The notes beneath the pieces are model-generated. The model searched no databases, was not told the origin of the DNA, and saw only the letters and a list, made by a program, of their open reading frames with translations. 38,684 bases of DNA from Aduncisulcus paluster (taxonomy: Eukaryota): contig BQXS01010807.1 of assembly GCA_024181965.1 (NCBI GenBank), positions 1-38,684 of the forward strand, written 5' to 3'. Position numbers and translations under genes: made by a program. Of this stretch, positions 21,750 through 32,680 are shown piece by piece (the stretch's first letter is position 1; each line of letters opens with the position of its first letter).

Positions 21750-24080
21750 CGTAGCCAAGATATTGTATGTTTCTGAAAGTTTTCGAATTTATACATTTTA
21801 TGATGTTTGACATAATTAAATTGAAAAATAATGCCCATATTGCTTTCATAACTCCTTTGCACCAAAAACTCAATTAATTTGTTAGATTCAAGAAGTTAAA
21901 CCAGAGTTTATTCATGAAGGTGATTTATCTTGCTCTCCAATTCCTCGAGATGCTGCGAATGTTAAGAGTCCAGACTTTGTAGTTATCGAAGCCAAGAATA
22001 GAACCAAGCGAAAAGATGGTGACAAAGGCTATGATCAGAGTTCTTATGCACAACAGATGATGAAAGGAGAGCGTAATTGGGGAAAATTTACCGATATCTT
22101 CGTTCCTTTCTCCACATCTACTCCCATTAAAGGTGCATATATTTGTATTGGAGGAAAAAATACCCGATTACCCTCACACCTTATCTTCTCTCTTACATCT
22201 TCAAATGGGGAGAAAATGGTTAAAAAATATGAATTTCCTGAATTGGAAGGTTATCATTGGTATTATCTCCCTATTGATCTCTCTGATATTGTTCTGTGTG
22301 AGATTACAGGGAAAGGAAAAGATGAAGAGTCTTTTGAAATCGACTCCTTTGTTTTCATTAGTAGAGAAGAAACCCCTGAAGAAATCAACTCTCGTGAAGC
22401 CAGAGAGAAATTATGGTCTGAAGCTCCTGTTGTGAAACCAGAGTTTGAAATTTTAGGATAGAATCCCTTATTTTCATTAAAGGTGAAGACATTCCTCCTC
22501 TTCCTTCTGATTCCACAAAGGCTATCAAACATGACTCTTTCACCATAACTTCCTCTGCAACCATCACTCCTCAGTGCATCATTGGTCATGGTGGATTTGG
22601 TGAGGTTCTTCTTGTCAAGGTTGATGGTATTCCTATTCCTTGTGTTTTGAAGAAAATGCTTAGTATTGCTGACAAAAAGGTTGTAAAAGATTGTCGAAAG
22701 GAGTTTAAGATGCAACGAAAGTTATTTAACAATCCCAAATGTTTCAACCGTATCCCACGTCCTTTGTATATTCTTGATCTGCTTGATGCCAATATGAAAG
22801 GTGTTTATGGATTTTTGATGGAATTTTGTTCTGGAGGCAGTGTTAAAGACTTTGCTAGGAGTTGGTGTGTTGATGGTAAGTATATGCGTGAGGATGATGT
22901 TGCTGATGATAGTGAAGATTCTGATTCATCTTGTATTTCTGATTCTGACTCCAAGAATGATATTGATACAACTCATTTTGATCCCATGAGACTGAACCCT
23001 GTAAAAGCCTGTTCTCTCTGTGTTGGAATGATTGAGTGTCTCGATGATGTGTTTAGAGCAAAGAAGAGTCTTGTTCATCGAGACGTGAAACCAGATAACT
23101 TCCTTGTTCGTGTTGATCCCAAAGATGGAGAATGCACAGTTGTACTCTCTGATCTTGGAATGGTCCAAGTCTTAGATTCTATCACATCATCTGTAACTTC
23201 CAAAAGTTATATTCCTTCCTCTTCTTCCACCAAACAAGAAAAACGACTTTCACAACCTAAACCCTCTGCTTGTGGAACTATCGTGTATAATTCTTATGAG
23301 ACTCTCTGTGAAGGAAAACAGACTCAAAAGAGTGATGGATATTCTCTTGGCATGTCGATTCTTGCCTTGTTCTTATATAAACAGCCGTTTGTTTCATTGC
23401 CAATTTTTAAGGAAGTTTACAAGAAAGTTCATATTGGAAAGGCAAGCAATATTGATATTCTGAAAGTTCTGATAGATGTAATGGAAAATAATATGTGTCC
23501 ACGTCTCTCTCGATCTCCTTTGTTTAAAACCTTGTTAACCATTGAAGATGGGAAATATAAACTTGTTCATGAGGTTTTGAATGAAGTATTCACAGATCTA
23601 ACCAAAATAGATGAAGATGAGCGTATGAGTGTTCATGAAGCTCGCAAGAAGGTGCAAAGCATCAAAGATTTATTGCCCCAGATTGGAGAAGGATTTGAAT
23701 GTCCATCCATCGAGGATATTGTAAAACGTCAGCTTGCAAAGTATGAATCTGGATGCATTGAAGAGGAAATGCAAGATACTGAAAAACAGAAACAAGATAG
23801 TGAATCATCATCAAGACATGCTACACCCACTTTAACAACAACAGGTTCATCTGAAATGGAGAAGAAAGAAGATGGAATTCCTTCGTTTCCTTCTCAATTC
23901 TCAAGTTCAGTAATCTCTCGTGATTTAGACAATGAAATCAAGCAAAAACAGGATGATCTGAGTTCACAAGGATCTGGAATTCCTTCGTTTCTTTCACAAT
24001 TATCAAGTCCAATAATCTCTCGTAATCCACTGATAGAAGAAGATGGAGAACATGACACTCAAATTGTTGAAGATCAATAA
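21726..24080 (+). pseudogene. Repeat-domain Ser/Thr kinase, paralogue C: one repeat retained, next repeat deleted with frameshift; kinase ORF intact
   Basis: Exon 21726-21764 (MDPKSSSERSQDI), intron 21765-21885, exon from 21886 (IQEVKPEFIHEG). At ~22446, KPEF is fused out of frame to GAAATTTTAGGATAGAATC, which in paralogue A (~14418) is the end of the repeat. The kinase frame runs ~22458-24080. Confidence 0.75.
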
Positions 24081-24644
24081 GGTTCTCAGTATCCCTTCTT
24101 CCTCAATTGACACTTCCTTGCTTTGTGTTATGAGTTCAATACAATTCAAATTCCACAGTTCTGCAGTTCCAATCCCTGGATGAGATATCATCCCTTCATT
24201 GTGAGCAGAGTATAGTACAGTAGAATAGTACAGTAGATCTATAATAGAGATTCAATCTCGAGTCGAGATTGTATTTTTATCCATCCCAATTTATTCACTG
24301 GTCCTTGAGTCAAGAGGTCTTGACGGTAGTGCGGTGGTTAGTCATCCTTTGCTCTATATCAAGCCATTGGCTATCGATAACACTGTTATCATAACAGTAT
24401 GGACTCAAGATCCGGATATGAACGATTAAGCTTTTAAAGTGATGTTACTACGATATCAATTAATATAATTAATACAATAGAAGATGACAAAAAAGAGAAA
24501 GAAATGAAAGATAATAAAGACAAATATAATGGAAATTTATCCTTTCTGGAACTTCTTTCTCTCATGATCTAAAAATAGCTCCAAACCCAAGACAATATCT
24601 GACAATCAATTGGATATTCATAGAGATTAATAGAGAAAAACACT

Positions 24645-26925
24645 CTACATGAACATATTGATTATATTCAGACAAGGTCTGCAATAACCCTTATAATCAC
24701 ACAATTGCATACCACAAAGTCCACAATAATACATACATGGCCCTTTTTCTCCTTTTTCTCCTTCTTCCTCTTCTTCTTTCTCTTCTTCTTGTTTGGAGGA
24801 AGCACCATCAATAGAGGAGGAGGAGTCGAGGACAATCCTTTGAGCTGCGAGGAGAGGGGCATTCATATCGATTCTCTTCCCACCACTGTGCTGCATCCGA
24901 ATAACTTCGGCACCGATGCTATTTTTAGCCTTGAGAAGAGAAGGAAAAGCGTGAGCCAAAGGTGTCATAGAATCTGATGGTTTCACAGGATTTACAGGAA
25001 TATAGAGATCCAATAATCCCACAACATGTGCGATTGTTGAATATGTTAAATTCAGTAAAGGCTGGGATATGAGAATAGAATTAGAACAACAGGTGGTTGA
25101 CTTTAACAAGGAATAACTCGACACGGATGAAAATGAACATGGCGAATCTTTTCCTGGAGATTTTACAGTGTGAGTTACAATGGAATGTGGCGATGAAGAA
25201 TCAATACAAAATCTCCACAAGTATTCTAAAATAGATAGTGGCATCCGCTCTGAGCATTTATCTCTTTCTTCTTTCTCTTCTTCCTCATCTCTTCTGCAAT
25301 GGCTTGTTGATGGTACATGTATACAATTCCCAGCCTTCTCATCTTTCCTTCGTTGTATTCTGGCGTCATCACTGATCTCAACGAAGGATCGACTGATTCG
25401 ACGCACATCTCTCCCACATAAACATCCACATAAGACACTATGACACGCATCATCCCTTGTGTAGGGGAGTACAACAGCTGCAAGAGGAGAAATGGGTTTA
25501 GATGCCGTTTGACAAGAGGAAGAAGAGGAAGAAGAGGAAGAAGAAGAAGAAGAGGAAGAAGAAGAAGAGGAAGCATGGGAATGTGTATCTTGAATGCCGT
25601 CTCCTTCTCCCTCTTTCTCTCTGGAAGAAGTATCAGATGAGAGGGGAAGGAGGAGAGAAGAGGAAGAATCTGAACATGGCATATCTTCTCCTTGTGCTGC
25701 ATTTCCATCCATACTCTTGCTGGTTCTTCGTTTACATGGTGGAACAATCTGCTTCGATGGTTGTATTGTTTTTGTCGATGATGCAATACCAACATGGGCA
25801 TCGTCTTCTCTCTCTTTCTCTTTGGAACATGGTATCATCATCACCTCTTCTTCTTTTCCTATATCTTGATCCATCAATTCTTTGAATGACGAAGACACTC
25901 CTTTGTTTTTCTTTCCTTCTGTTTTATGTGTTTGTTTTGATGACTTTCTTTTATGGTTATGTTGATCCCGATGAGCTTGGGCAATGTCAACAAATCCACC
26001 AGACGCGTGTCTTTCTTTCGCTTGTTCTCGAATTACAGAGAAAGTGAACAATGAATGAATAAAATGTTGGTACAAAAGCTCAAAATCAGTTGTATCTTTA
26101 AGTATCTTGCTTATCAAACGCTGGAAGAAAGCATCACTCTTTTTGGCTTCTTCAATCACGTCACAATAAGTGTCATCAAACGTCGAGGGAGTCGTAGTCT
26201 CTTCTTCTTCCTCTTTAATACCACTCTTACAGGTCTTGGAAAGGGGAAGAGCACTACTTTGCTGCTGTATCATGTCATGGTCAAATTGCATTGAGACAAG
26301 AGCTCGATCTGCATCACCTTCAATGGCTCCACACATACACATGACAAAATACATAACACGAAGGCAACGCTCGAGTGGAGAAAGGAAGTATTGGTTTGGA
26401 AGTGAAGAAAGGGAAAGCTTCGAAGAAATAAGTTTACGAGCAGCCCACTCTTTCTCGGAAAAACCACACAAATCTTCTAGATATAAATGATGCCATGATA
26501 TATTCGAGAAAGAAGCATATTTTTCTTTCGCAACTGACACGGGGAATGTATTTCTCTCTTCTTTGGTGATATGAATGCAATGAATGTTTATAGGGTGTTG
26601 TTTCTTCCCAATATTTGAAAAGTGATAAATTAAAAACCTTAATTATTGAAGAATGATTTGAGGGAATTAAAATAATATGTGAATAGACCACGGTAAATAA
26701 TTTAACGGGACAATATGAAGAAAAAAAAAAATAAAAAACAACATACGGTATTCTTGCACCATTTGTATAAAGACAATGAATTGGATTAGGCCACATAAAT
26801 GCTTTTTGGAACCGTGGGAGACTGACTTTAGATTTAACAGAAGACAAGAAACAAGATTGACAATAATCATTCCCATTTAAATTGGCAACAGCTGGTTTAT
26901 GACATTTCCGACAATTTTTTACCAT
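24645..26925 (-). CDS. CTU2/Ncs2-like cytoplasmic tRNA 2-thiolation protein with low-complexity insertions; 2 exons
   Basis: Exon 26747-26925, intron 26638-26746 (GTATGT...AAG), exon 24645-26637. N-terminal CRKC...YCQSCF...VKSK and C-terminal CGLCG...YCRPC Cys pairs, plus central VVLPYTRDDAC..VL...LCGR and AFPSL motifs, resemble CTU2. No CTU1-type SGGKDS PP-loop. Confidence 0.55.
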
Positions 26926-27522
26926 TTCAATTTTAATAACGTTCAAAATCGATCCGTTTTGAATACATTTCTTATACTACCGGTTCTAAGGAATTATGAG
27001 GAATATCAATCTTATTTCTCAATCTAATATGAGAAATAAATCTTTTTATTTCTGGTTATCTTTTATGTTTCTTAGCAGAACAAGCTGTAGAAATTGACTT
27101 TAATTGTGATTGTATTAGCATAGAAAAATCTGAATTGAATATGTATTTTGTATAAATATTACTTTTAAAATTGAAATTAAATATTTAAAATCAATTTTAA
27201 TGCTTTCTTCTGCCTTGAAAAAACAAGCTTCCTTTTTCTTTTGTAATACCCACTTTTGTATGTATCAACTTGATAAAATTTGCAAATAAGTTAATATTAT
27301 ATTTATTATTCCCCTTTAATATTCCGTATGCAAATATTCCCCTCCACTCTGATGTTTGTGCCTTGTCCTCTCCTCCTCGTAACATACAATGCATCTTTTC
27401 TTTCATTATTTTCGATTGTTTAATCTTCTATTTTTTTCTTTGTCCATGAAATATTCCAAAAAATTACTCAAGACAAGACTACCTTTCCTTTCATCCCCTA
27501 AAAATAATAATCTCAGACCAAA

Positions 27523-28146
27523 ATGAAATCACAAAAGAAACCGGGAGACATTCATTTCAAAATGATTATTGTCGGTAACGCTTCTGTTGGAAAGACCGCC
27601 ATTCTTCGCCAACGCATATACAAATCTTTCGCTCAAACAGCCTCAACAATAGGAATGGACTTCAAGGTCGACACATATCAACCCACTCCTCGTTCACCAT
27701 GTTATCGTGCCAATATCTACGATTCAGCGGGCCAAGAAATATATCGGAGCATTGTAAGCTCCTATTTTCAACACGCAAAGGTAGCCATGCTTGTATACGC
27801 CATCGACGATAGAGGATCATATGATAACCTTGGGTCATGGCTCGGAGATCTCAAGAAATACTGTCCTGAAGCCCCAGTTGTACTCTGCGGGAATAAGTGT
27901 GATTTGGATGATAGGGTTCGTGCTGTGTCTGTCGACGAGGCCAGCGAGTTTGCTGCAAGGAATGGATTCGCCTTTTTCGAAACTTCAGCAAAGGAATCAA
28001 TTAATATCAACAAAGCATTCGAAGAATTGTACAAAAGAGCCATCGAGGCCTCTTATCAAACTGATGCTCTTGATGAAATAGACACAAGTCTAACACTTAC
28101 AGAAGGTAAACAATTGGATGGTGGAGAAAAGAAATGTTGTAAATAA
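27523..28146 (+). CDS. Rab family small GTPase
   Basis: GNASVGKT (G1), TIGMDF (G2), YDSAGQE (G3), NKCD (G4), ETSAK (G5), and C-terminal CC prenylation motif (KCCK). Subfamily not assignable by eye. Confidence 0.95.
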   Translation: MKSQKKPGDIHFKMIIVGNASVGKTAILRQRIYKSFAQTASTIGMDFKVDTYQPTPRSPCYRANIYDSAGQEIYRSIVSSYFQHAKVAMLVYAIDDRGSYDNLGSWLGDLKKYCPEAPVVLCGNKCDLDDRVRAVSVDEASEFAARNGFAFFETSAKESININKAFEELYKRAIEASYQTDALDEIDTSLTLTEGKQLDGGEKKCCK

Positions 28147-28470
28147 AAGTATTTGGATGAATTATTCGGATTATGTTTGAAACAGACTGTTTCTTTGCCG
28201 AATGAAAAGATAACGATATTATTTCTTATGGTTTTTGTTTATTTCATTCAATAATTAATGAGATTTATCTAACAATATTTTGAATATTCCATCCAAGAGA
28301 TCATAACGTATTTGAAAAATTCTTGGGGTATTGGCAATATATTTTTCAAAGATATTAGAATAAAATGGGATTTCATTCTAGATTCATCTGGAATTGGTCC
28401 GAAATACATATGAAATCTATGTTTTTTAAACTTTTTTTTTCTCCACACTCTTTTCGTCACCATTACACTA

Positions 28471-29808
28471 ATGGATTATTCCTTTTCCAGCGATACAGCA
28501 GAAAACGAGTCATATAAACACGACAAGAAACCTTTAATGCCCCCATCTCATCTTCAACACTCACCAGCTCGCGTCTCCTTTCTTATAAGTTCACCCAAAC
28601 AAAGTTCTCCAGTTGTTACCCATATTATGAATTCTCCACAACGTACATTGAAATCTATCGGTGTATCTACACCTCCTGCACCTTCTTTTGATTTGGATGA
28701 CATCCCAATCCAAAGTGCAAGTTTATCCCCGGCTGGCTCTAAATTTATGCGAGATCGATTGTATAAAAAACAATATAAATCAAGTGTTAGACCCAAATCT
28801 TATTCAATTGATTCTCTGGACGAAGATATCGGCTCAGATGTTGTTCCTCTCGATTTGGAGGAAGATCTCATTCAAGACAGCGCAGATTTATTAAAAAGTG
28901 CCCAAGAACTGTCTTCCTCATTAAAACAAATTCAGCAATCCCTTTCATCAAGAAGATCAGCCACTACCAATTCTTTTACCTCCCATTCACAAATTCCTGT
29001 TACTCCACCAATCAAAAAATCAACCATGACAGGTTTGTCTGACGATCGCATTCAACACCAGGCTGTCCAACATGAAGATAGTGTTATTCCACCTGTTTCA
29101 AGGGTTTTCGAAGAAGATGATGAAGGAATTGATTTAATTGGAGATGAATTGAAAATCAGTCAATTATCAACACCCGAAACTCCATCGGGCCTTATTCGAT
29201 CAGCTGTGATGTCAAGTCCCATTCGCAGAAGCCATCAAAACATGACGCAAAGTCAAACACAAGCCCAAAGCATGTTATCTGCAAGTAGAGCCGAGAGCAC
29301 CTCTCCTCTGCACTCTAAACCACGAATTGTGGCAGTTAGAAGGACTCAATTCCCGATGAGACCACCGACATTCCCAAAATTCCGCCCAAGAACATCGTTT
29401 ACTCCACAATTAGACTCAAAAATGATCATCGATGATCCTTATACTTTGTCTAGACCGGTGTCACAGGTTATGGACGAAATTAAATTACTNNNNNNNNNNN
29501 NNNNNNNNNCAGCTGTGATGTCAAGTCCCATTCGCAGAAGCCATCAAAACATGACGCAAAGTCAAACACAAGCCCAAAGCATGTTATCTGCAAGTAGAGC
29601 CGAGAGCACCTCTCCTCTGCACTCTAAACCACGAATTGTGGCAGTTAGAAGGACTCAATTCCCGATTAGACCACCGACATTCCCAAAATTCCGCCCAAGA
29701 ACATCGTTTACTCCACAATTAGACTCAAAAATGATCATCGAGGATCCTTATACTTTGTCTAGACCGGTGTCACAGGTTATGGACGAAATTAAATTACTTT
29801 GGAAATAA
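28471..29808 (+). CDS. Hypothetical Ser/Pro-rich, largely disordered protein (true length ~340 aa)
   Basis: Long ORF. 29201-29489 is repeated at 29510-29798 across an N gap, so the C-terminal repeat is most likely an artefact. Confidence 0.65.
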   Translation: MDYSFSSDTAENESYKHDKKPLMPPSHLQHSPARVSFLISSPKQSSPVVTHIMNSPQRTLKSIGVSTPPAPSFDLDDIPIQSASLSPAGSKFMRDRLYKKQYKSSVRPKSYSIDSLDEDIGSDVVPLDLEEDLIQDSADLLKSAQELSSSLKQIQQSLSSRRSATTNSFTSHSQIPVTPPIKKSTMTGLSDDRIQHQAVQHEDSVIPPVSRVFEEDDEGIDLIGDELKISQLSTPETPSGLIRSAVMSSPIRRSHQNMTQSQTQAQSMLSASRAESTSPLHSKPRIVAVRRTQFPMRPPTFPKFRPRTSFTPQLDSKMIIDDPYTLSRPVSQVMDEIKLXXXXXXXXAVMSSPIRRSHQNMTQSQTQAQSMLSASRAESTSPLHSKPRIVAVRRTQFPIRPPTFPKFRPRTSFTPQLDSKMIIEDPYTLSRPVSQVMDEIKLLWK

Positions 29809-29965
29809 ATATTTAAATCTAATAATGAATATTGTTTCAAAATTAATATTATTATTTTTTTCTCTCCGATCCAAAATGAAAACTTCATTTGTGACGCACT
29901 TCCACATATTACATCTCTTATAATAGTTTTTTTTCGATTTTAATTCACTATACATTAAATATCTG

Positions 29966-32434
29966 ATGTCTGAACATAGTTTTCTTGGTGATGAAGGTGA
30001 AATGACTTCTTCTCGCTCTCCTGGGGCATCTCATGACATTCTTCACGATGATGAAAGGGATCAGGTCCATACAGAAGATGTAGAACTGATTGGAGGCACC
30101 GCCACGAGTGAACTTTCATTCAAAGAGAAATGTGACAAGGTGCTGGCGAAAATGATCACTTTTTCTGAAACACCAGTTAATCAAGCCCTTTGTCAATGCC
30201 CTAAGAAATATGATTTGTATCAATGCCCAATTTGTTATTCTCTTTTATGCTCTCAGGATAGTTATCTTAAGATTGGGTGTGGTCATTGTTTTCATAAAGA
30301 TTGTCTTAAAAAATGGGCAGAAACACATCGTGATTGCCCTGTATGCCGATCTCAATTAAACTCAGCCCTGTTACAAATTGAAGGAGGTTTATTGCTCGAT
30401 AAGGAAAAAAATGTGATTAGGTTGTCATCAGTGATGTTTAACCGCCTTAAAATGAAAGGAGATGGCACTAAATTCCCTACCACCTCATTTACAGTCATGG
30501 AACTCGGCGAAGAGCTTTTAATATGGGTACAAGGAAGGAAAGAATTCAAACTCGAAGGTGTGCGTCCTACGAGTCATGTTTTTCTCAGAGAACCCCCATT
30601 CTTGCCCTCATCAAGCTCGTCTTCACTCATTTATCCAGGTGGTGGGCGTCTTTCTGATATTCTTCAATTTTATAACGATGAACATATCACCATCGCTGAT
30701 ATTCACAACTCTGTGGGCATAACCATTGGGAAATTCTTACTTGAGGCATGTAAACTGGTTGAATCCCGGCCTGGGACAGATGTTAGATTACGTAGAATCT
30801 CCCCCAAAGATATATTTATATCTTACAAAGTCTGTGTCTGGCTCAGTGGGACTCAATTGCTTCCTCCAGAGGTAGTCAAGGAGATTCAAGATGGCAAAGA
30901 ACAGACTGATATTGCCATTCTTGCAAGACCCGTTGAGAAAGTGTCTGAAGAAGAAGAAGAAAAGGGAGAAAAAGAAAAAGAAAAAGACACAAAGGTGAAT
31001 GAAGAAGAGGAAGAAGAAAAATATTCTTCTGATCTTTATGCTCTTGATCTTGGAAAATACCATGAAGAAATAGAGATCGGACAAGGCATAGTTGAGATAA
31101 TGAAATTATTTGGTCTCGATGTTTCGGATCTTGAACCAGTGCTTATCTCACCCTCCAAACCTTCCTCTTCCTCTTCCTCTTCCTCTTCCTCTTTCTCTTC
31201 CTCTTCCTCGACGTCAATTGAAACCAATAGAGAATCCATAGAACAATTCCTAATGTCATTGGCAGATTCCTCAACTTCTCCCGGTGCACAGGCGCTGGCT
31301 ATTGATAATGCTCTTGATGGGCTACCAGAGTGTGACGATTGGGAAGGATTGACCGCTGGATCCTTTCACACTCTCCAAGACGCAAGAAATGCCACTGCAG
31401 CTGCCCATGAAGCAGAGGTTGCTCCACCTGTTGGACCTAATGGATTTATCGAAGAACTTGGATGGAATAATATAATGGGTCCGTTACATGACACTTCTGA
31501 GACCATTCCACCCATTGAAGACGGCGATGCTGCAATTACACGTTTTATTAAAAAATTTATTCTTACTCCACTTAACATTGGGTTTGTAAGAAGAAACGTC
31601 AAGGATACATTAATTGAATATATAATGGCGAGTGTTTTATTCTTGACTCTTGGAGTTTTTTTCTTTTATATTGTTATCAAAGAAATTCAATATAATTCAG
31701 TTTGGTCGTATCCTGTTGAGGGGTCTTATCTCTTTTCGATCACTTCTTTCGCTGTTAAATATCGCTGGTGGCTTTGGTCGGTTGGTTGTGTATTCACTGT
31801 CGGTAATCTTGTACAAATCGCTTATAAAAGATTAAATAATTTCACTCTGATAGGCTCTTTTACGAAAGTATTTATATTTTTAGGTGAGAAACTTGTTTGG
31901 TTAATTGCTATCGTGTTAGGATGGCTTGGAGCACTCGGGTGTTCCTTTTCCAATGATTGGAAACATGGAAATTTTATGTATTTTTCATTTTTCGGACCAA
32001 TTCGTGTTGCTATCCAATGCATCTTTAATTTGATAAACCTTGGTTTGTGTGCATTGTGTTTGAAACTTCACACATCAACACCCGTCAATATGTTGGTTAC
32101 TGTTTCGACACACATTATCTTCTCCTATGTTGCCCATATCTTTATATATGTGTCGATTGGAACTCATATCTCGAACAATGATAACTGGAATTGGTGGTAT
32201 GAATATCACCAGTGGTGCATATATTATCTCTCACCTCTGTACGAAAGTGTTTGTACAACATTGCGACGTTTATTGGATTCTCAAGATGAGTATAACGCTG
32301 TTTTCCCCGATTTCTTCGCCTGTTCTTCAATAATGCTAAATATGAGTGCCTATTACTTCTATCATTATATCCTTATGGATATTTTATGTGTTTTTATCCC
32401 TCCTCTATTTATATTGTCAGCATTCGCTGATTAG
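29966..32434 (+). CDS. RING-H2 finger protein (putative E3 ligase) with C-terminal multi-pass membrane region
   Basis: CPIC-x-CGHCFHKDC...W...CPVCR (C3H2C3), acidic and Ser-rich linkers, and several hydrophobic segments in the last ~270 aa. Confidence 0.85.
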   Translation: MSEHSFLGDEGEMTSSRSPGASHDILHDDERDQVHTEDVELIGGTATSELSFKEKCDKVLAKMITFSETPVNQALCQCPKKYDLYQCPICYSLLCSQDSYLKIGCGHCFHKDCLKKWAETHRDCPVCRSQLNSALLQIEGGLLLDKEKNVIRLSSVMFNRLKMKGDGTKFPTTSFTVMELGEELLIWVQGRKEFKLEGVRPTSHVFLREPPFLPSSSSSSLIYPGGGRLSDILQFYNDEHITIADIHNSVGITIGKFLLEACKLVESRPGTDVRLRRISPKDIFISYKVCVWLSGTQLLPPEVVKEIQDGKEQTDIAILARPVEKVSEEEEEKGEKEKEKDTKVNEEEEEEKYSSDLYALDLGKYHEEIEIGQGIVEIMKLFGLDVSDLEPVLISPSKPSSSSSSSSSSFSSSSSTSIETNRESIEQFLMSLADSSTSPGAQALAIDNALDGLPECDDWEGLTAGSFHTLQDARNATAAAHEAEVAPPVGPNGFIEELGWNNIMGPLHDTSETIPPIEDGDAAITRFIKKFILTPLNIGFVRRNVKDTLIEYIMASVLFLTLGVFFFYIVIKEIQYNSVWSYPVEGSYLFSITSFAVKYRWWLWSVGCVFTVGNLVQIAYKRLNNFTLIGSFTKVFIFLGEKLVWLIAIVLGWLGALGCSFSNDWKHGNFMYFSFFGPIRVAIQCIFNLINLGLCALCLKLHTSTPVNMLVTVSTHIIFSYVAHIFIYVSIGTHISNNDNWNWWYEYHQWCIYYLSPLYESVCTTLRRLLDSQDEYNAVFPDFFACSSIMLNMSAYYFYHYILMDILCVFIPPLFILSAFAD

Positions 32435-32478
32435 AAATGAAATAATAGTTACTATATGGTAACTTATATACTATATTA

Positions 32479-32670
32479 TGGACATTCAAATCCTTCTCCA
32501 ATCTGGGGCAATAAATCTTTGATGCTTTGCACCTTCTTGCGAGCTTCATGAACACTCATACGTTCATCTTCATCTATTTTGGTTAGACCCGTGAATACTT
32601 CATTCAAAACCTCATGAACAAGTTTATATTTCCCATCTTCAATGGTAAACAAGGTTTTAAACAAAGGAGA
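32479..32670 (-). pseudogene. Orphan ~190-bp fragment of the kinase C-lobe from the A/C subfamily
   Basis: Encodes SPLFKTLFTIEDGKYKLVHEVLNEVFTGLTKIDEDERMSVHEARKKVQSIKDLLPQIGEGFECP; reverse complement of ~15541-15732 and ~23514-23705. Confidence 0.85.
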
Positions 32671-32680
32671 GCCTATCGTA

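Noticed and set aside
22443-22456. 14-nt GT...AG micro-intron that would restore the frame of kinase C
   Set aside because: Far shorter than all other introns here (90-135 nt) and the donor is not GTAYGT; likely coincidence.
25180-26490. Multiple Arg/Lys- or Ser-rich antisense and alternative-frame ORFs
   Set aside because: Shadows of low-complexity GAA/TCT tracts in the CTU2-like gene; the same applies to most short ORFs overlapping the kinases.
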